A stretch of 50,989 nt of DNA from an uncultured bacterium (GTDB lineage: Bacteria; Spirochaetota; Spirochaetia; Treponematales; UBA12059): NCBI GenBank assembly GCA_964293355.1, contig CAXZAJ010000002.1:1-50989 (forward strand). The letters run 5' to 3'. A model generated the notes under the pieces. The model did no database searches. It had not been told where the DNA came from and worked only from the letters and a program-made list of their open reading frames with translations. This document shows positions 33,941-43,024 of this stretch, in pieces (positions within the stretch are counted from its first letter, which is position 1; each line of letters begins with the position of its first letter). The position numbers were made by a program, and so were the translations under genes.

Positions 33941-35332
33941 ATGAAAATCGTAATAATCGGGGCTGGCATGATCGGCCTCCAGATAGCACGAGAACTGATA
34001 GAAGAGCGGCGGGATGTCGTCATCGTGGAAAAAAATCCCGAGGCGGCCAGGCGAGCCAGCGAGGAACTCGATTGCATGGTGCTGAACGAGGACGGCAGCC
34101 GTCCCGAGACGCTCCGCAAGGCTGGTGCCACCGAAGCGGACTGGTTCCTGGCCCTGACGAGTTCCGATGAGGTGAACATCGTAGCCTGCGGTCTGGTTGC
34201 CGCGGAATCGCCGGCTGTGAGGACTCTCGCCCGGGTCGAGAGCCCGTTCTACTCTTCCTTGTCCGAAGCCCAGCGCAAGGCATTCGGGCTCCAGGTGCTC
34301 ATCAACCCAGCCGCGGAGACTGCTGACGCGATCGGCCGCATTGTGGAGGAGGGATTCGCCGAGGACGTCATTCCCCTGCATGGCGGCCGCCTGCAGCTCA
34401 GGACCGTTGCTGCGAGCTCTGTCCCCACGTTTGTAGGAAAATCCCTGCGCGAGGCAAAAAGCAGCTCCGGTAATGGGGTGCTGGTTGCCAGCATCGTCCG
34501 CGATCGGGGCATTGTCGTGCCTGATGGCAACTTCATCGTTGAAGCGGCCGATATCCTGTACCTGCTCAGTACACCGACGACCCTCGACGGCTTCCTTGGT
34601 CAGGTTCCTGGCGTCAAGTCAGCAGCGACGCGGGTTTTGGTCATTGGCGCTACAAGCATCGGAGAGCGGCTGGTCGAGCGATTTCTTGCTCGATCAAAAT
34701 CCGGATTCCTCGGGTTGCGGCCTGGCTCGAAGCGCGTCGTAACGCTCCTGGATACTTCGCCGGATCACGGGAAACGCGTAGCGCATGCCCACGAAGGCGT
34801 GGAGGTTATCCAAGGGGACAGCTCCGAGGAGGGAGTTCTGGAAAGCATCGGAATCGACCGCGCCGACCTGGTCGTCTGTGCCACTGAATCCCAGTCGTTC
34901 AACGTCGTAACCGCGCAACTCGTAAAGGAGCTCGGAGCGAAGAAGAGCCTGGCCGTAACGCTCAACGACCGGTACATGGCGGTCAGCACGAAACTGGACG
35001 TGGATGCGCTCGTGAGCGTCAAGGGCGTCGTTGCCGCGGCGGTGCTCGAGACCGTGCGGCGCGGCAACATCAAAACCATCCACCAGTTCTACGAGGATGC
35101 CGTTGAACTCGTTGAACTGCGGGTTGCGGCGGGATCGCGCGTTTCGGGGCTCTCACTCAGGCAGATCGATCTGCCCAAAGGGGTGCTCGTCGCATTCGTC
35201 ATGCAGGGCGACGAACTGGTCGTACCGACCGGCGTGACGGTGCTCAATGGCGGTGACATCATCGGCCTCGTATCGAGGAAAAAGAGCATTCCCGGGCTTG
35301 AAATCGTTTTTGGCAGCCTCCGTGGAGATTAA
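33941..35332 (+). CDS. trkA: Trk system K+ uptake protein TrkA (two RCK/NAD-binding modules)
   Basis: I prefer ATG 33941 (MKIVIIGAGMIGLQIAREL). The second Rossmann motif is VLVIGATSIGERL. Confidence 0.9.
   Translation: MKIVIIGAGMIGLQIARELIEERRDVVIVEKNPEAARRASEELDCMVLNEDGSRPETLRKAGATEADWFLALTSSDEVNIVACGLVAAESPAVRTLARVESPFYSSLSEAQRKAFGLQVLINPAAETADAIGRIVEEGFAEDVIPLHGGRLQLRTVAASSVPTFVGKSLREAKSSSGNGVLVASIVRDRGIVVPDGNFIVEAADILYLLSTPTTLDGFLGQVPGVKSAATRVLVIGATSIGERLVERFLARSKSGFLGLRPGSKRVVTLLDTSPDHGKRVAHAHEGVEVIQGDSSEEGVLESIGIDRADLVVCATESQSFNVVTAQLVKELGAKKSLAVTLNDRYMAVSTKLDVDALVSVKGVVAAAVLETVRRGNIKTIHQFYEDAVELVELRVAAGSRVSGLSLRQIDLPKGVLVAFVMQGDELVVPTGVTVLNGGDIIGLVSRKKSIPGLEIVFGSLRGD
34415..34426 (-). 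repeat. Abundant word, perfect copy (AGCTCTGTCCCC on the + strand)
   Basis: Inside trkA; read as ASSVPT. Confidence 0.95.
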
Positions 35333-36776
35333 GTCACTCGTCCGCGCCCTGTCGGGATTGCTCGCCATCGTTGCGGGTTTCATGACCCTCTGTCTGGTCG
35401 CCGGACTGGCCGTCGGTGAAGGCCTGTCCGCCTTCAGGTCTTTCGGACCGTCTGTCGGCTTAGGCTTTGGATCTCTGGCCTTCTCCATCCTGTTCCTCCG
35501 GGTCAAGAAAGCCAGCCTGTCTCACCGGACCGGTTACCTGTTCGTCGTGCTTGCCTGGATACTGTCCACCCTCATCGGTGCAATGCCGTTCCTTATCGAC
35601 GGTTCGATCGGATTGTTCGTTGACGCATTCTTCGAAACCATGTCCGGCTTCACGACCACGGGCGCTTCGATACTGACGGACATCGAAGTGCTCCCCGCTT
35701 CACTGCTCCTGTGGCGCTCCATGACCCACTGGCTGGGAGGCATGGGCATCGTGGTGCTGACGGTGGCGATCCTGCCCATGCTCGGGCTCAATGGCCGGGC
35801 CGTCATGGGAGCAGAGGCTCCAGGCCCGCAAGTGGACAAGTTCACGCCTCGCCTCTCGCAGACTGCAAAGATACTCTGGCTCATATACCTGGCCATGACC
35901 ATCATCCTGACCGTCCTCCTGATGCTGGGTGGCATGTCGTGGCTCGATGCCTTGACTCACTCATTCGGAACCATGGGCACGGGCGGCTTTTCGACGAGGA
36001 ACGCAAGCGTCGGAGCCTTCAACTCGGCATACATCGACATCGTCATCACGACCTTCATGTTGCTCGCCGGTGCCAATTTCTCGCTCTACTGGGCCGCCCT
36101 TAGGGGCGACCTCAGACGCGTCGTCAGGGATACCGAACTCAGGGCCTACCTGGGGATTTTCGCGGTTGCGTCGGCAGTCATCGTCTTCGACCTTCGTCGT
36201 TCAGGTTTTTTCGACTCGACCGGAACGGCCGCCCGATTTGCCGCCTTTCAGGTCTCGTCGATACTCACCACGACAGGCTACGCGACGAAGGATTTTGCCC
36301 GCTGGCCGGCCCTCTCCCAGGCGGTGCTGCTCGTGACGATGTTCATTGGCGGTTGCGCCGGATCGACCGGCGGCGGAGTCAAGGTCACGCGCATCGTCAC
36401 CATGCTGAAGATGGGCCAATCGGAAATGCGTTATCTGCTCAATCCGCGGGGAGTCTACGGAGTGTTCATGGACGGGCAGTACCTGCGCAAAAATGCCATT
36501 TACGACATTGCCGCGATGGTATTCCTCTACCTCGTATCCGCGTTCGTTTCGATGCTCGTGGTGGCTTCAGGCGGCTATGACATTGTAACGAGCCTCACGG
36601 CGACGATGGCCAGCCTGGGCAACATAGGTCCGGGCCTGTCGCTGGTCGGTCCTACCTGCAATTTTTCCTTCATGCCCGAATATATCAAATGGTGGCTGAC
36701 CTTCATGATGCTGCTCGGGCGACTCGAGGTCTACACGGTGCTCGTCTTGTTCACGAGGACGTTCTGGAAGCGATAG
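35322..36776 (+). CDS. trkH: Trk system K+ uptake protein TrkH
   Basis: Polytopic, with selectivity-filter-like MSGFTTTGAS, GTMGTGGFS and TTTGYAT. The start is uncertain. GTG 35322 overlaps the trkA end by 11 nt; the ORF-track start is 35247. Confidence 0.85.
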   Translation: MEIKSLVRALSGLLAIVAGFMTLCLVAGLAVGEGLSAFRSFGPSVGLGFGSLAFSILFLRVKKASLSHRTGYLFVVLAWILSTLIGAMPFLIDGSIGLFVDAFFETMSGFTTTGASILTDIEVLPASLLLWRSMTHWLGGMGIVVLTVAILPMLGLNGRAVMGAEAPGPQVDKFTPRLSQTAKILWLIYLAMTIILTVLLMLGGMSWLDALTHSFGTMGTGGFSTRNASVGAFNSAYIDIVITTFMLLAGANFSLYWAALRGDLRRVVRDTELRAYLGIFAVASAVIVFDLRRSGFFDSTGTAARFAAFQVSSILTTTGYATKDFARWPALSQAVLLVTMFIGGCAGSTGGGVKVTRIVTMLKMGQSEMRYLLNPRGVYGVFMDGQYLRKNAIYDIAAMVFLYLVSAFVSMLVVASGGYDIVTSLTATMASLGNIGPGLSLVGPTCNFSFMPEYIKWWLTFMMLLGRLEVYTVLVLFTRTFWKR

Positions 36777-36780
36777 CGGC

Positions 36781-38187
36781 CTACAATCCGCCGGGTTCCT
36801 GGCTGGATGCGTGCTTTTCCTGGTACATGCGCCGGTCTGCAAGGGCAAGCACGGCTTCCACGTCCGTGCCGTCCTGGGGGTAGACCGCGCAACCTATGCT
36901 CGCGCCTGTCATGCGTGTCACCACACCGAGGTCAAAGGGTTCCAGGAAGCATGCGCGCAGCCGGGCCCGCACTTCCTCGACCCCCCCGGGGCTGTCAACC
37001 GGCGCTATGACGGCAAATTCGTCTCCACCAAGCCTGGCCACCGTATCGCTCTTCCGTATTGCCGTGCTCAGCCTGACTGCTACCTCGGAGAGCAGGCGGT
37101 CTCCCGCATCGTGCCCGTGGTCGTCGTTGACCGCCTTGAAGCCGTTCAGGTCGAGCATGCAGAGGCAGACGTTCGTTCCGTCACGGTCAACCCGGCTGGC
37201 CTCCACCCGCAAGCGGTCCCAGAAGAGGCTCCTGTTGGGCAACTCGGTCAGCTGGTCGTGGTAGGCTAGCACCTTCAGGGCGGAGCGTGTCGTCATGAGG
37301 CTGAAGATTGCGAATCCGACCACGCTTCCTATGGCTGCTCCCAGCACGGAAACGAGGAACTTGAGCCATCTGAAGGTCTCCCAGCCATCCTTGGGGACGG
37401 TGGCCAGCGACCACAGGGCGCCGCCCGGAAGGTTGATGTCAAGGATCACCGGTTCATCATCGAGTATCGCGTCGTCACCGAACAGCAACGCAGGAGTCGT
37501 GCCTGTCACGGTTTTTGATCCGAGCCTGAACACCAGTTCCGGGCGGGCATAGACACCCGATCGTCGCAGGACTTCGTTCAGGTCGATGACGACGCTGGCC
37601 TGTCCCCAGTATTTCGTCCCGCCCGGTCCTGCCGGGAAGATGCCCATGCGGCTCACGACCCCGACGCCGCCCTGGACCAGGGCATGCGGGCCGGAAACGA
37701 CAGGCTCACGGCTGGTCATGGCCTGGCGGAGGGCCTCCGCCTGCTCTGGCACCTGGCTGAGATCCTTGCCGATGGCTGCCTTGTTCGTTTCGTATGGATG
37801 TACGTATTTAATGGTTGTTCCCTCAACCAGGGCAAAATTCATGATGACTGGGTCGTTCATGTGCAGCACGTCGACGAAGGCAGCGTATGCGCCAGCGTCG
37901 AGTGCCGGATTTGCCGCTACGAATGCCACAATGCCCCGTTCAAGGCTGATGCGCTCGTTGAGGTTGCCCTCTATGGCAACCCGTATGGTGGAAGCTTCGA
38001 GCAAAACCCTGACTCGTTCATACTGGGCTAGTCTGGCACCTTGCGATACTCCGGCAAGTATGAACAGCGCCGATATGCCTAGGAAGGCGGTGATGCCCGT
38101 GAGTGTGGCCCTTGTTGTGCGCTGGCCATTGCCTGATGTCGCCTGATGATCGTCAAGGAGCATACAGAGAAGCGTACAGGCGCGCAT
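36781..38187 (-). CDS. Diguanylate cyclase (GGDEF) with a periplasmic CHASE-like sensor domain
   Basis: YHDQLTELPNRSLF, HDAGDRLL and RLGGDEFAVI. The start is ATG 38187 or 38163. The upstream part of the ORF-track ORF lies in AT-rich promoter-like DNA. Confidence 0.8.
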   Translation of the reverse strand: MRACTLLCMLLDDHQATSGNGQRTTRATLTGITAFLGISALFILAGVSQGARLAQYERVRVLLEASTIRVAIEGNLNERISLERGIVAFVAANPALDAGAYAAFVDVLHMNDPVIMNFALVEGTTIKYVHPYETNKAAIGKDLSQVPEQAEALRQAMTSREPVVSGPHALVQGGVGVVSRMGIFPAGPGGTKYWGQASVVIDLNEVLRRSGVYARPELVFRLGSKTVTGTTPALLFGDDAILDDEPVILDINLPGGALWSLATVPKDGWETFRWLKFLVSVLGAAIGSVVGFAIFSLMTTRSALKVLAYHDQLTELPNRSLFWDRLRVEASRVDRDGTNVCLCMLDLNGFKAVNDDHGHDAGDRLLSEVAVRLSTAIRKSDTVARLGGDEFAVIAPVDSPGGVEEVRARLRACFLEPFDLGVVTRMTGASIGCAVYPQDGTDVEAVLALADRRMYQEKHASSQEPGGL

Positions 38188-38286
38188 CGATTCATGCAAG
38201 TGCGAATACGTGCTCTCCTTCCAGACCGCGAAATGGAACCTGTATATAGAAACAAAAAGCATCATTGACGAACTGCCGCTTAAAGC

Positions 38287-38308
38287 AGTACTGATTGAGC
38301 TCAGTACT
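38287..38308. other. Perfect 8-bp hairpin / inverted repeat AGTACTGA-ttgagc-TCAGTACT
   Basis: Read directly. It lies about 100 nt upstream of the GGDEF gene start and just 5' of the riboswitch-like segment. Confidence 0.5.
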
Positions 38309-38314
38309 TTCGAG

Positions 38315-38440
38315 AGGGCGTCTGGGGGTTCCTCCCGCGTACCGTGCCGGTCTGGCGCAGGTTGCGGGGACGAGACCGAGCGGCGCCGGCGGCTGCGTGA
38401 CGGCCGTGACACCCACGGGATAAAAGCCCGAGGACGGAGT
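38315..38440 (+). ncRNA. Candidate ykkC-family (guanidine-I / subtype-2-like) riboswitch aptamer in the 5' leader of the ABC-2 transporter operon
   Basis: Three blocks appear in the order I recall for the ykkC consensus. CTGGGGGTTCC (38322-38332) corresponds to CUAGGGUUCCG. GGTCTGGCGCAG (38349-38360) corresponds to GGUCCGAGAG. ACACCCACGGGATAAAAGCCCGAGGAC (38409-38435) corresponds to ACACGG.GGGAUAAAAGCCCGGGAGA. The intergenic region is 340 nt and GC-rich. Confidence 0.3.
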
Positions 38441-38526
38441 CTCGATCGATTCCGGGGTCCGTCCGTCCGCCCGTAAAAAGCGCTCGCCGCAGGCGTCGTC
38501 CGGCCCCGCATTCGCGGGAGCTCCTC

Positions 38527-39576
38527 ATGACTGCAATAACCGCAGACCGTCTCGGCAAGACGTTCTCCACCAAGGTCCGGAAATCCGGACGATTTTCAGC
38601 CGCACGTTCGCTGTTCAAACCCGAACTCCGCCAGGTTGAAGCCGTGAAGGGTGTTTCTTTCGAGGTCGAAGAGGGCGAGCTGGTCGCGTTCCTGGGGCCG
38701 AACGGCGCAGGCAAATCCACGACCATCAAGATGCTCATGGGCATACTCCAGCCTACCGAGGGCACGGCAAGCGTTCTCGGGCTCGACCCCGCGCGTGACC
38801 GTGTCGAGTTGTCACGCTATGTCGGTGCGGTTTTTGGCCAGAAGAGCCAGCTCTGGTTCCACCTGCCGCCAGCGGATTCATTCAGGCTCCTCGGTGCCAT
38901 TTACGAGATAGACGACGACGACCGGAAATGGCGTGAAGCTGAACTGGTGGAACGATTCGGACTTGCACCGTACATGGATGTTCCGGTACGCAAGCTGTCC
39001 CTTGGCGAGCGCATACGCTGCGAACTGGCTGCGAGCCTTTTGCCTTCACCGCTCGTCCTGTTCCTCGACGAGCCGACCATAGGCCTCGACATCATCGCCA
39101 AGCGCGAGATCCGCCAGCTCCTCGCCGAAGCCGCCAGGATTGACGACACGACCATCTTCTTGACGAGCCATGACATGGGTGACATAGAGAAGGTCTGCAA
39201 GCGGGCCATAATCATCCACCACGGCGAGGTCGTCATCGACGAGTCGATGAAGGCGCTCAAGCATCGAGCTCTGACCCTCAAGCACGTCGGCGTCCGCTAT
39301 GCCCGGCCTGTTGATCTTGATCTTCCAGCTCTGTCCCCGGTCAAGCGCACGGCCCTGGCTGCGAGCTATGAAGTGGACACGCGGAAGCATTCCCTGGCTG
39401 AAGTGGTGCGTGCGCTCGCCTCTCGTGGCGAGCTTGAAGACATAACGATAGAAGACGAACCGCTTGAAAATGTAATCGCGAGCATCTATGCGACCAAGAG
39501 CGGAATGGAAGCACAGGCATTTGGCACGCAGCGTGCGAAACTCCAGGCCGGTACGCCAGGAGCAATCCATGCGTAG
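38527..39576 (+). CDS. ABC transporter ATPase (uncharacterised ABC-2 system, COG4586-like)
   Basis: Walker A GPNGAGKST, signature LSLGERIR, Walker B LFLDEPT. C-terminal extension. Confidence 0.85.
   Translation: MTAITADRLGKTFSTKVRKSGRFSAARSLFKPELRQVEAVKGVSFEVEEGELVAFLGPNGAGKSTTIKMLMGILQPTEGTASVLGLDPARDRVELSRYVGAVFGQKSQLWFHLPPADSFRLLGAIYEIDDDDRKWREAELVERFGLAPYMDVPVRKLSLGERIRCELAASLLPSPLVLFLDEPTIGLDIIAKREIRQLLAEAARIDDTTIFLTSHDMGDIEKVCKRAIIIHHGEVVIDESMKALKHRALTLKHVGVRYARPVDLDLPALSPVKRTALAASYEVDTRKHSLAEVVRALASRGELEDITIEDEPLENVIASIYATKSGMEAQAFGTQRAKLQAGTPGAIHA
39327..39338 (-). repeat. Abundant word, perfect copy (AGCTCTGTCCCC on the + strand)
   Basis: Inside the ABC ATPase gene; read as PALSPV. 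A copy with A at the first G lies 60 nt upstream (39268-39277). Confidence 0.95.
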
Positions 39577-40411
39577 GTTGCGACCATCACTGCGGAAGTA
39601 TGTCGTGGCCGCATCGACAGCCATGAGCGAGCGGCTTGCCTACCCCGGCAATTTTGCCGGTTCCATGTTTACCTATGCGCTCTTCGTTTTCATTTTTTCC
39701 CGGGTCTGGGCAGGCGCGTACGCCGGGGCCACGGAAATCGCGGGCTATACGATGAGGATGGCTGTCTGGTACTTCATTATCGCAGAAATACCGAGCTTCG
39801 GTTTTGGGCGGTTCTTCTCCGCGCTGTCGCGGGACATGAAGAGCGGGCAGGTTGCCTACCTCCTCGGGAGGCCGTACGACTTCATAGGGTACAACCTGGC
39901 CGAGAAACTGGGCGGTTCGCTGATCGAGGCGGGTATCATCCTCGCCGAAGGCCTCGCGGTCGGGTTCGTCCTCGTCGGCCTGCCGCCCGCCGTAGCGGCC
40001 AGTAGCCCAACTGGTTCCGTGCCAGTAGTTCTGGAAGCGGCCCGGCTGGGATTCCTGGTCGTCTCGCTGCTCCTTGCAGGGGCGCTCAACTACTTCCTGC
40101 AGATGACCATCGCCATGACGGCGTTCTGGCTGGAGGAAAACGAGGCGTTTTACTGGATATTCCAGAAATTCGCGCTGGTTGTGGGAACGCTCATCCCGAT
40201 CGAGTTCCTGCCGGAACAGGCGGCCCGTCTGGCAGTCTGGACGCCGTTCCCGTATCTGTCCTATGCGCCAGCCCGGATCATGGTGGCTTTTTCATTGACT
40301 GAAGCTCTGACCCTCACGGCCAGGCAGGCACTCTGGGTGATCCTGGCCCTGTTGCTTTCCAAGGTCGTATTCGCCACCGGGAGCCGCAGGCTCTCGGTGA
40401 ATGGAGGCTGA
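39569..40411 (+). CDS. ABC-2 type permease (COG4587-like)
   Basis: I prefer ATG 39569 (AGGAG upstream, 8-nt overlap with the ATPase stop). About 6 TM helices. Confidence 0.75.
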   Translation: MRRLRPSLRKYVVAASTAMSERLAYPGNFAGSMFTYALFVFIFSRVWAGAYAGATEIAGYTMRMAVWYFIIAEIPSFGFGRFFSALSRDMKSGQVAYLLGRPYDFIGYNLAEKLGGSLIEAGIILAEGLAVGFVLVGLPPAVAASSPTGSVPVVLEAARLGFLVVSLLLAGALNYFLQMTIAMTAFWLEENEAFYWIFQKFALVVGTLIPIEFLPEQAARLAVWTPFPYLSYAPARIMVAFSLTEALTLTARQALWVILALLLSKVVFATGSRRLSVNGG

Positions 40412-40413
40412 TC

Positions 40414-41247
40414 GTGGAAAAGCGGAATTTGCTGACCGCAACTGCTCGCCCCCTCGGGCGCTTCAAGGCCTATGCACGGTTCATGGGTGCGGCATTCATT
40501 GTCAACGTTAAATCAACGCTCGAGTACCGCGTCAATTTCATGCTCCAGTTCTTTGGAATGATGCTCAACAACGCGGCGTTCGCGGCCTTCTGGATGGTGC
40601 TGCTGAACCGGGTTAATTCTGTCGGTGGCTACGGATTCTCCGACGTGATGCTGGTGTGGGCGCTCGTGTCGAGCTCGTTCGGACTCGCGCACATCGTATT
40701 CGGCAACATCAGGCAATTGGGCCGCATCATCATGGAAGGCGGCCTCGACGTCTATCTGCTGCAGCCCAAGGATGTATGGCTCAACGTCGTGTCGTCCAGG
40801 ACCATCGTCTCGGCCTGGGGCGATTTTGTTTACGGGTATATCGTGCTCGCGATGATGACGGGGACAGAGCTCGAGCAGTTCGCGCTCTTTTCGGCCCTCG
40901 TCATCCCAGGCGCCCTGATTTTTGCCGCCACCTTTGCCGCCGCGGACAGCCTCGCGTTTTTCATCGGCAACTCGTCGGCGGTATCGTCCGCGCTGACCGA
41001 GTTCATGCTGTCATTTTCGCTGTACCCCGAGGGAGTCTACGGTGCCGGGTTCCGTTGGATGCTGTACACCATCGTGCCTTCGGGCTTCGTGGCGTTCATG
41101 CCCTTGCGCGTGTACAAGGCGCTGGACTGGTGGTTTGTCCCGATCCTGTACCTTATTGCGGGGGTGTATGTCCTCCTCTCGTACCGGTTCTTCAACCTCG
41201 GACTAAAGCGGTATGAATCGGGGAACAGGATGGACGCGCGGGTTTAG
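40414..41247 (+). CDS. ABC-2 type permease (COG3694-like)
   Basis: GTG start with GGAGG 6 nt upstream. About 6 TM helices. Third gene of the operon. Confidence 0.75.
   Translation: MEKRNLLTATARPLGRFKAYARFMGAAFIVNVKSTLEYRVNFMLQFFGMMLNNAAFAAFWMVLLNRVNSVGGYGFSDVMLVWALVSSSFGLAHIVFGNIRQLGRIIMEGGLDVYLLQPKDVWLNVVSSRTIVSAWGDFVYGYIVLAMMTGTELEQFALFSALVIPGALIFAATFAAADSLAFFIGNSSAVSSALTEFMLSFSLYPEGVYGAGFRWMLYTIVPSGFVAFMPLRVYKALDWWFVPILYLIAGVYVLLSYRFFNLGLKRYESGNRMDARV
40860..40871 (+). repeat. Abundant word, perfect copy GGGGACAGAGCT
   Basis: Inside the second permease gene; read as TGTELE. Confidence 0.95.
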
Positions 41248-41288
41248 TCTCCGATAGACTCCGCCAGCCATGAACTCAGCTAGCCGTT

Positions 41289-41300
41289 AGCTCTGACCCC
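41289..41300 (-). repeat. Abundant word, perfect copy (AGCTCTGACCCC on the + strand)
   Basis: Intergenic, 24 nt upstream of the MFS start codon. Confidence 0.95.
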
Positions 41301-41323
41301 ATCCATCGAAAGGATTTATTGGA

Positions 41324-42619
41324 ATGCGCATTCCCTCCCCGAGAGCCGTCAGGCTGCCCCCTGAGATATATGCCTTGTTTGCCGTCCGGCTCGTCGTGTC
41401 GGCAGGCTCGTTCGTGGGACCCTTCCTCGCGATGATGCTGACTATGAAGCTCGGTTACGATGAGGCTGAAGCCGGTGTATTCATGTCGGTGGTCTCCATG
41501 GCGGCGGCTCTTGGTCTCGTCATAGGCGGAAAGCTGGGCGACAGTTTTGACAAGGCTCGCGTGCTGAGTGTCCTGCAGGTGATTACAGCCGTGGTATACA
41601 TCGTGTGCGGAATCATGGGCTTCACAGGCGCAACCCCGTTCCTCATCGCGTTTGCCATGGGGGTTCTGAACGGAACTTGGCCAATAATCAATGCGCTTGT
41701 GGCCGACATCGCCCCTCCTGACCGACGCAAGGAAGCATTTTCGCTTCTGTACTGGGGCAACAATATTGGTTTTTCGATTGGGCCTTTCATCGCCGGGTTC
41801 CTGTTTACCAAGGCTCCACGCGCGCTCTTTCTGGGCAATGCGGCTGTACTCATGGTGGCTGCGACCATCATCGCTATCTTCATCAAGGGTGGTTCCGGTA
41901 CCGTGATGGCTGAAAGAGGTTCGCTCGGGGTCAATGCTGGCTTGGTCGGTGGTCGTGAAGGGGAACCCGCCGGCACTGGGAGCCATTCCACCGGGTACCT
42001 GTCGACCTGGGCTGTGTTCAGGTCGAATCCGGTCTTGATCCTGTACACCGCGGGGTCAGTGCTGACAGCCTTCGTCTACAACCAGCATACCTTCGCCCTG
42101 CCCATCTTCCTGAACGACGTGCTGGGCGATGTCGCTGGCCCCAGGGCATTCGGAGCAGCCATGATGACGAACGGTTTGACCGTGGTGGTACTGACCGCCG
42201 TGGTGGTGATGCTCTCGCGGCGGCTCAGTTCGCTCTCCGCGGTAGCGCTGGCGTCGGTGTTTTACTCGGTCGGGTTCGGTGCGTATTACTTTGTCGGAGG
42301 TGTGCCGCTTGCCCTGGGTGCCACTGTCGTGTGGACCCTGGGAGAGATTCTGGGCAGTACGAACGGTAACGCGTTTATAGCCGAGCGGGCTCCCCCGGCA
42401 TTCCGGAGCCGCATAAACTCAGCTGTTTCCTTCTCGTACATTGCCGGCAGCGCATTAGCACCGCTCGTCGCGGGACCGATAGCCAGGGTTTTCGGTAGCG
42501 CGGCCGTCTGGCCGTTTGTCGCTGCCTGTTCGCTTGTAGCCGCGGCGTACATGTTCTGGGTGAACCAGCTGGACAGGAAAGCCAGCCGGTTCTCCCAGGC
42601 TGTCAGTCAAGCTCGATGA
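41324..42619 (+). CDS. MFS transporter
   Basis: 431 aa, about 12 TM helices. MFS loop motif GGKLGDSFDKARV. Confidence 0.8.
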   Translation: MRIPSPRAVRLPPEIYALFAVRLVVSAGSFVGPFLAMMLTMKLGYDEAEAGVFMSVVSMAAALGLVIGGKLGDSFDKARVLSVLQVITAVVYIVCGIMGFTGATPFLIAFAMGVLNGTWPIINALVADIAPPDRRKEAFSLLYWGNNIGFSIGPFIAGFLFTKAPRALFLGNAAVLMVAATIIAIFIKGGSGTVMAERGSLGVNAGLVGGREGEPAGTGSHSTGYLSTWAVFRSNPVLILYTAGSVLTAFVYNQHTFALPIFLNDVLGDVAGPRAFGAAMMTNGLTVVVLTAVVVMLSRRLSSLSAVALASVFYSVGFGAYYFVGGVPLALGATVVWTLGEILGSTNGNAFIAERAPPAFRSRINSAVSFSYIAGSALAPLVAGPIARVFGSAAVWPFVAACSLVAAAYMFWVNQLDRKASRFSQAVSQAR

Positions 42620-42914
42620 AGATGAATTTGCCGAAACCGATGTAGCGCGAGGACGGTTTCGAGGCTGGCCCGAGGGTGAAGAAGCTGAACAACAGCTTGT
42701 CGTTGCGCTTGAACCCGAACTTGGTAACGAAAGCAGCTCCGGACTCCGCAGCGGTTTTGGCAATGCCCTTGAAAAGTTCTGGTATGCCCTTCTGGCTCTC
42801 GGTCACCTGCTTTTTCTGGTAGTACCTGCCGAAATCTTCCATTCCCGGGTTAGTGAAATAGAGTGCCGCGCCAAGGATAGCCAGTGTCGCGACCGTCTTT
42901 ATAGTTCCCTTCAT
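42603..42914 (-). CDS. Small exported/membrane-anchored protein of unknown function
   Basis: 103 aa. The N-terminus MKGTIKTVATLAILGAALYF is signal-anchor-like. Its 3' end overlaps the MFS gene 3' end by 17 nt. Confidence 0.5.
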   Translation of the reverse strand: MKGTIKTVATLAILGAALYFTNPGMEDFGRYYQKKQVTESQKGIPELFKGIAKTAAESGAAFVTKFGFKRNDKLLFSFFTLGPASKPSSRYIGFGKFIFIELD

Positions 42915-43024
42915 GGTGCATCCTTTCAGATTTTGTCGCCGTTACAGAAGTCGGCCCTGGAATTGTACGACACTACAATAGTCTGGCTCTGTCCCTCTGG
43001 CAAGCTCGTCTGCTCCTATGTTGG

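Noticed and set aside
14869-34824. Shorter or indel variants of the word, for example GGGACAGCT at 14866 and GGGGACAGCTC at 34814, plus GCTCGACCCC at 38774 and GAGCTCTTGTCC at 25610.
   Set aside because: They may be decayed copies, but variants that need an indel are frequent enough by chance in GC-rich DNA. I did not count them.
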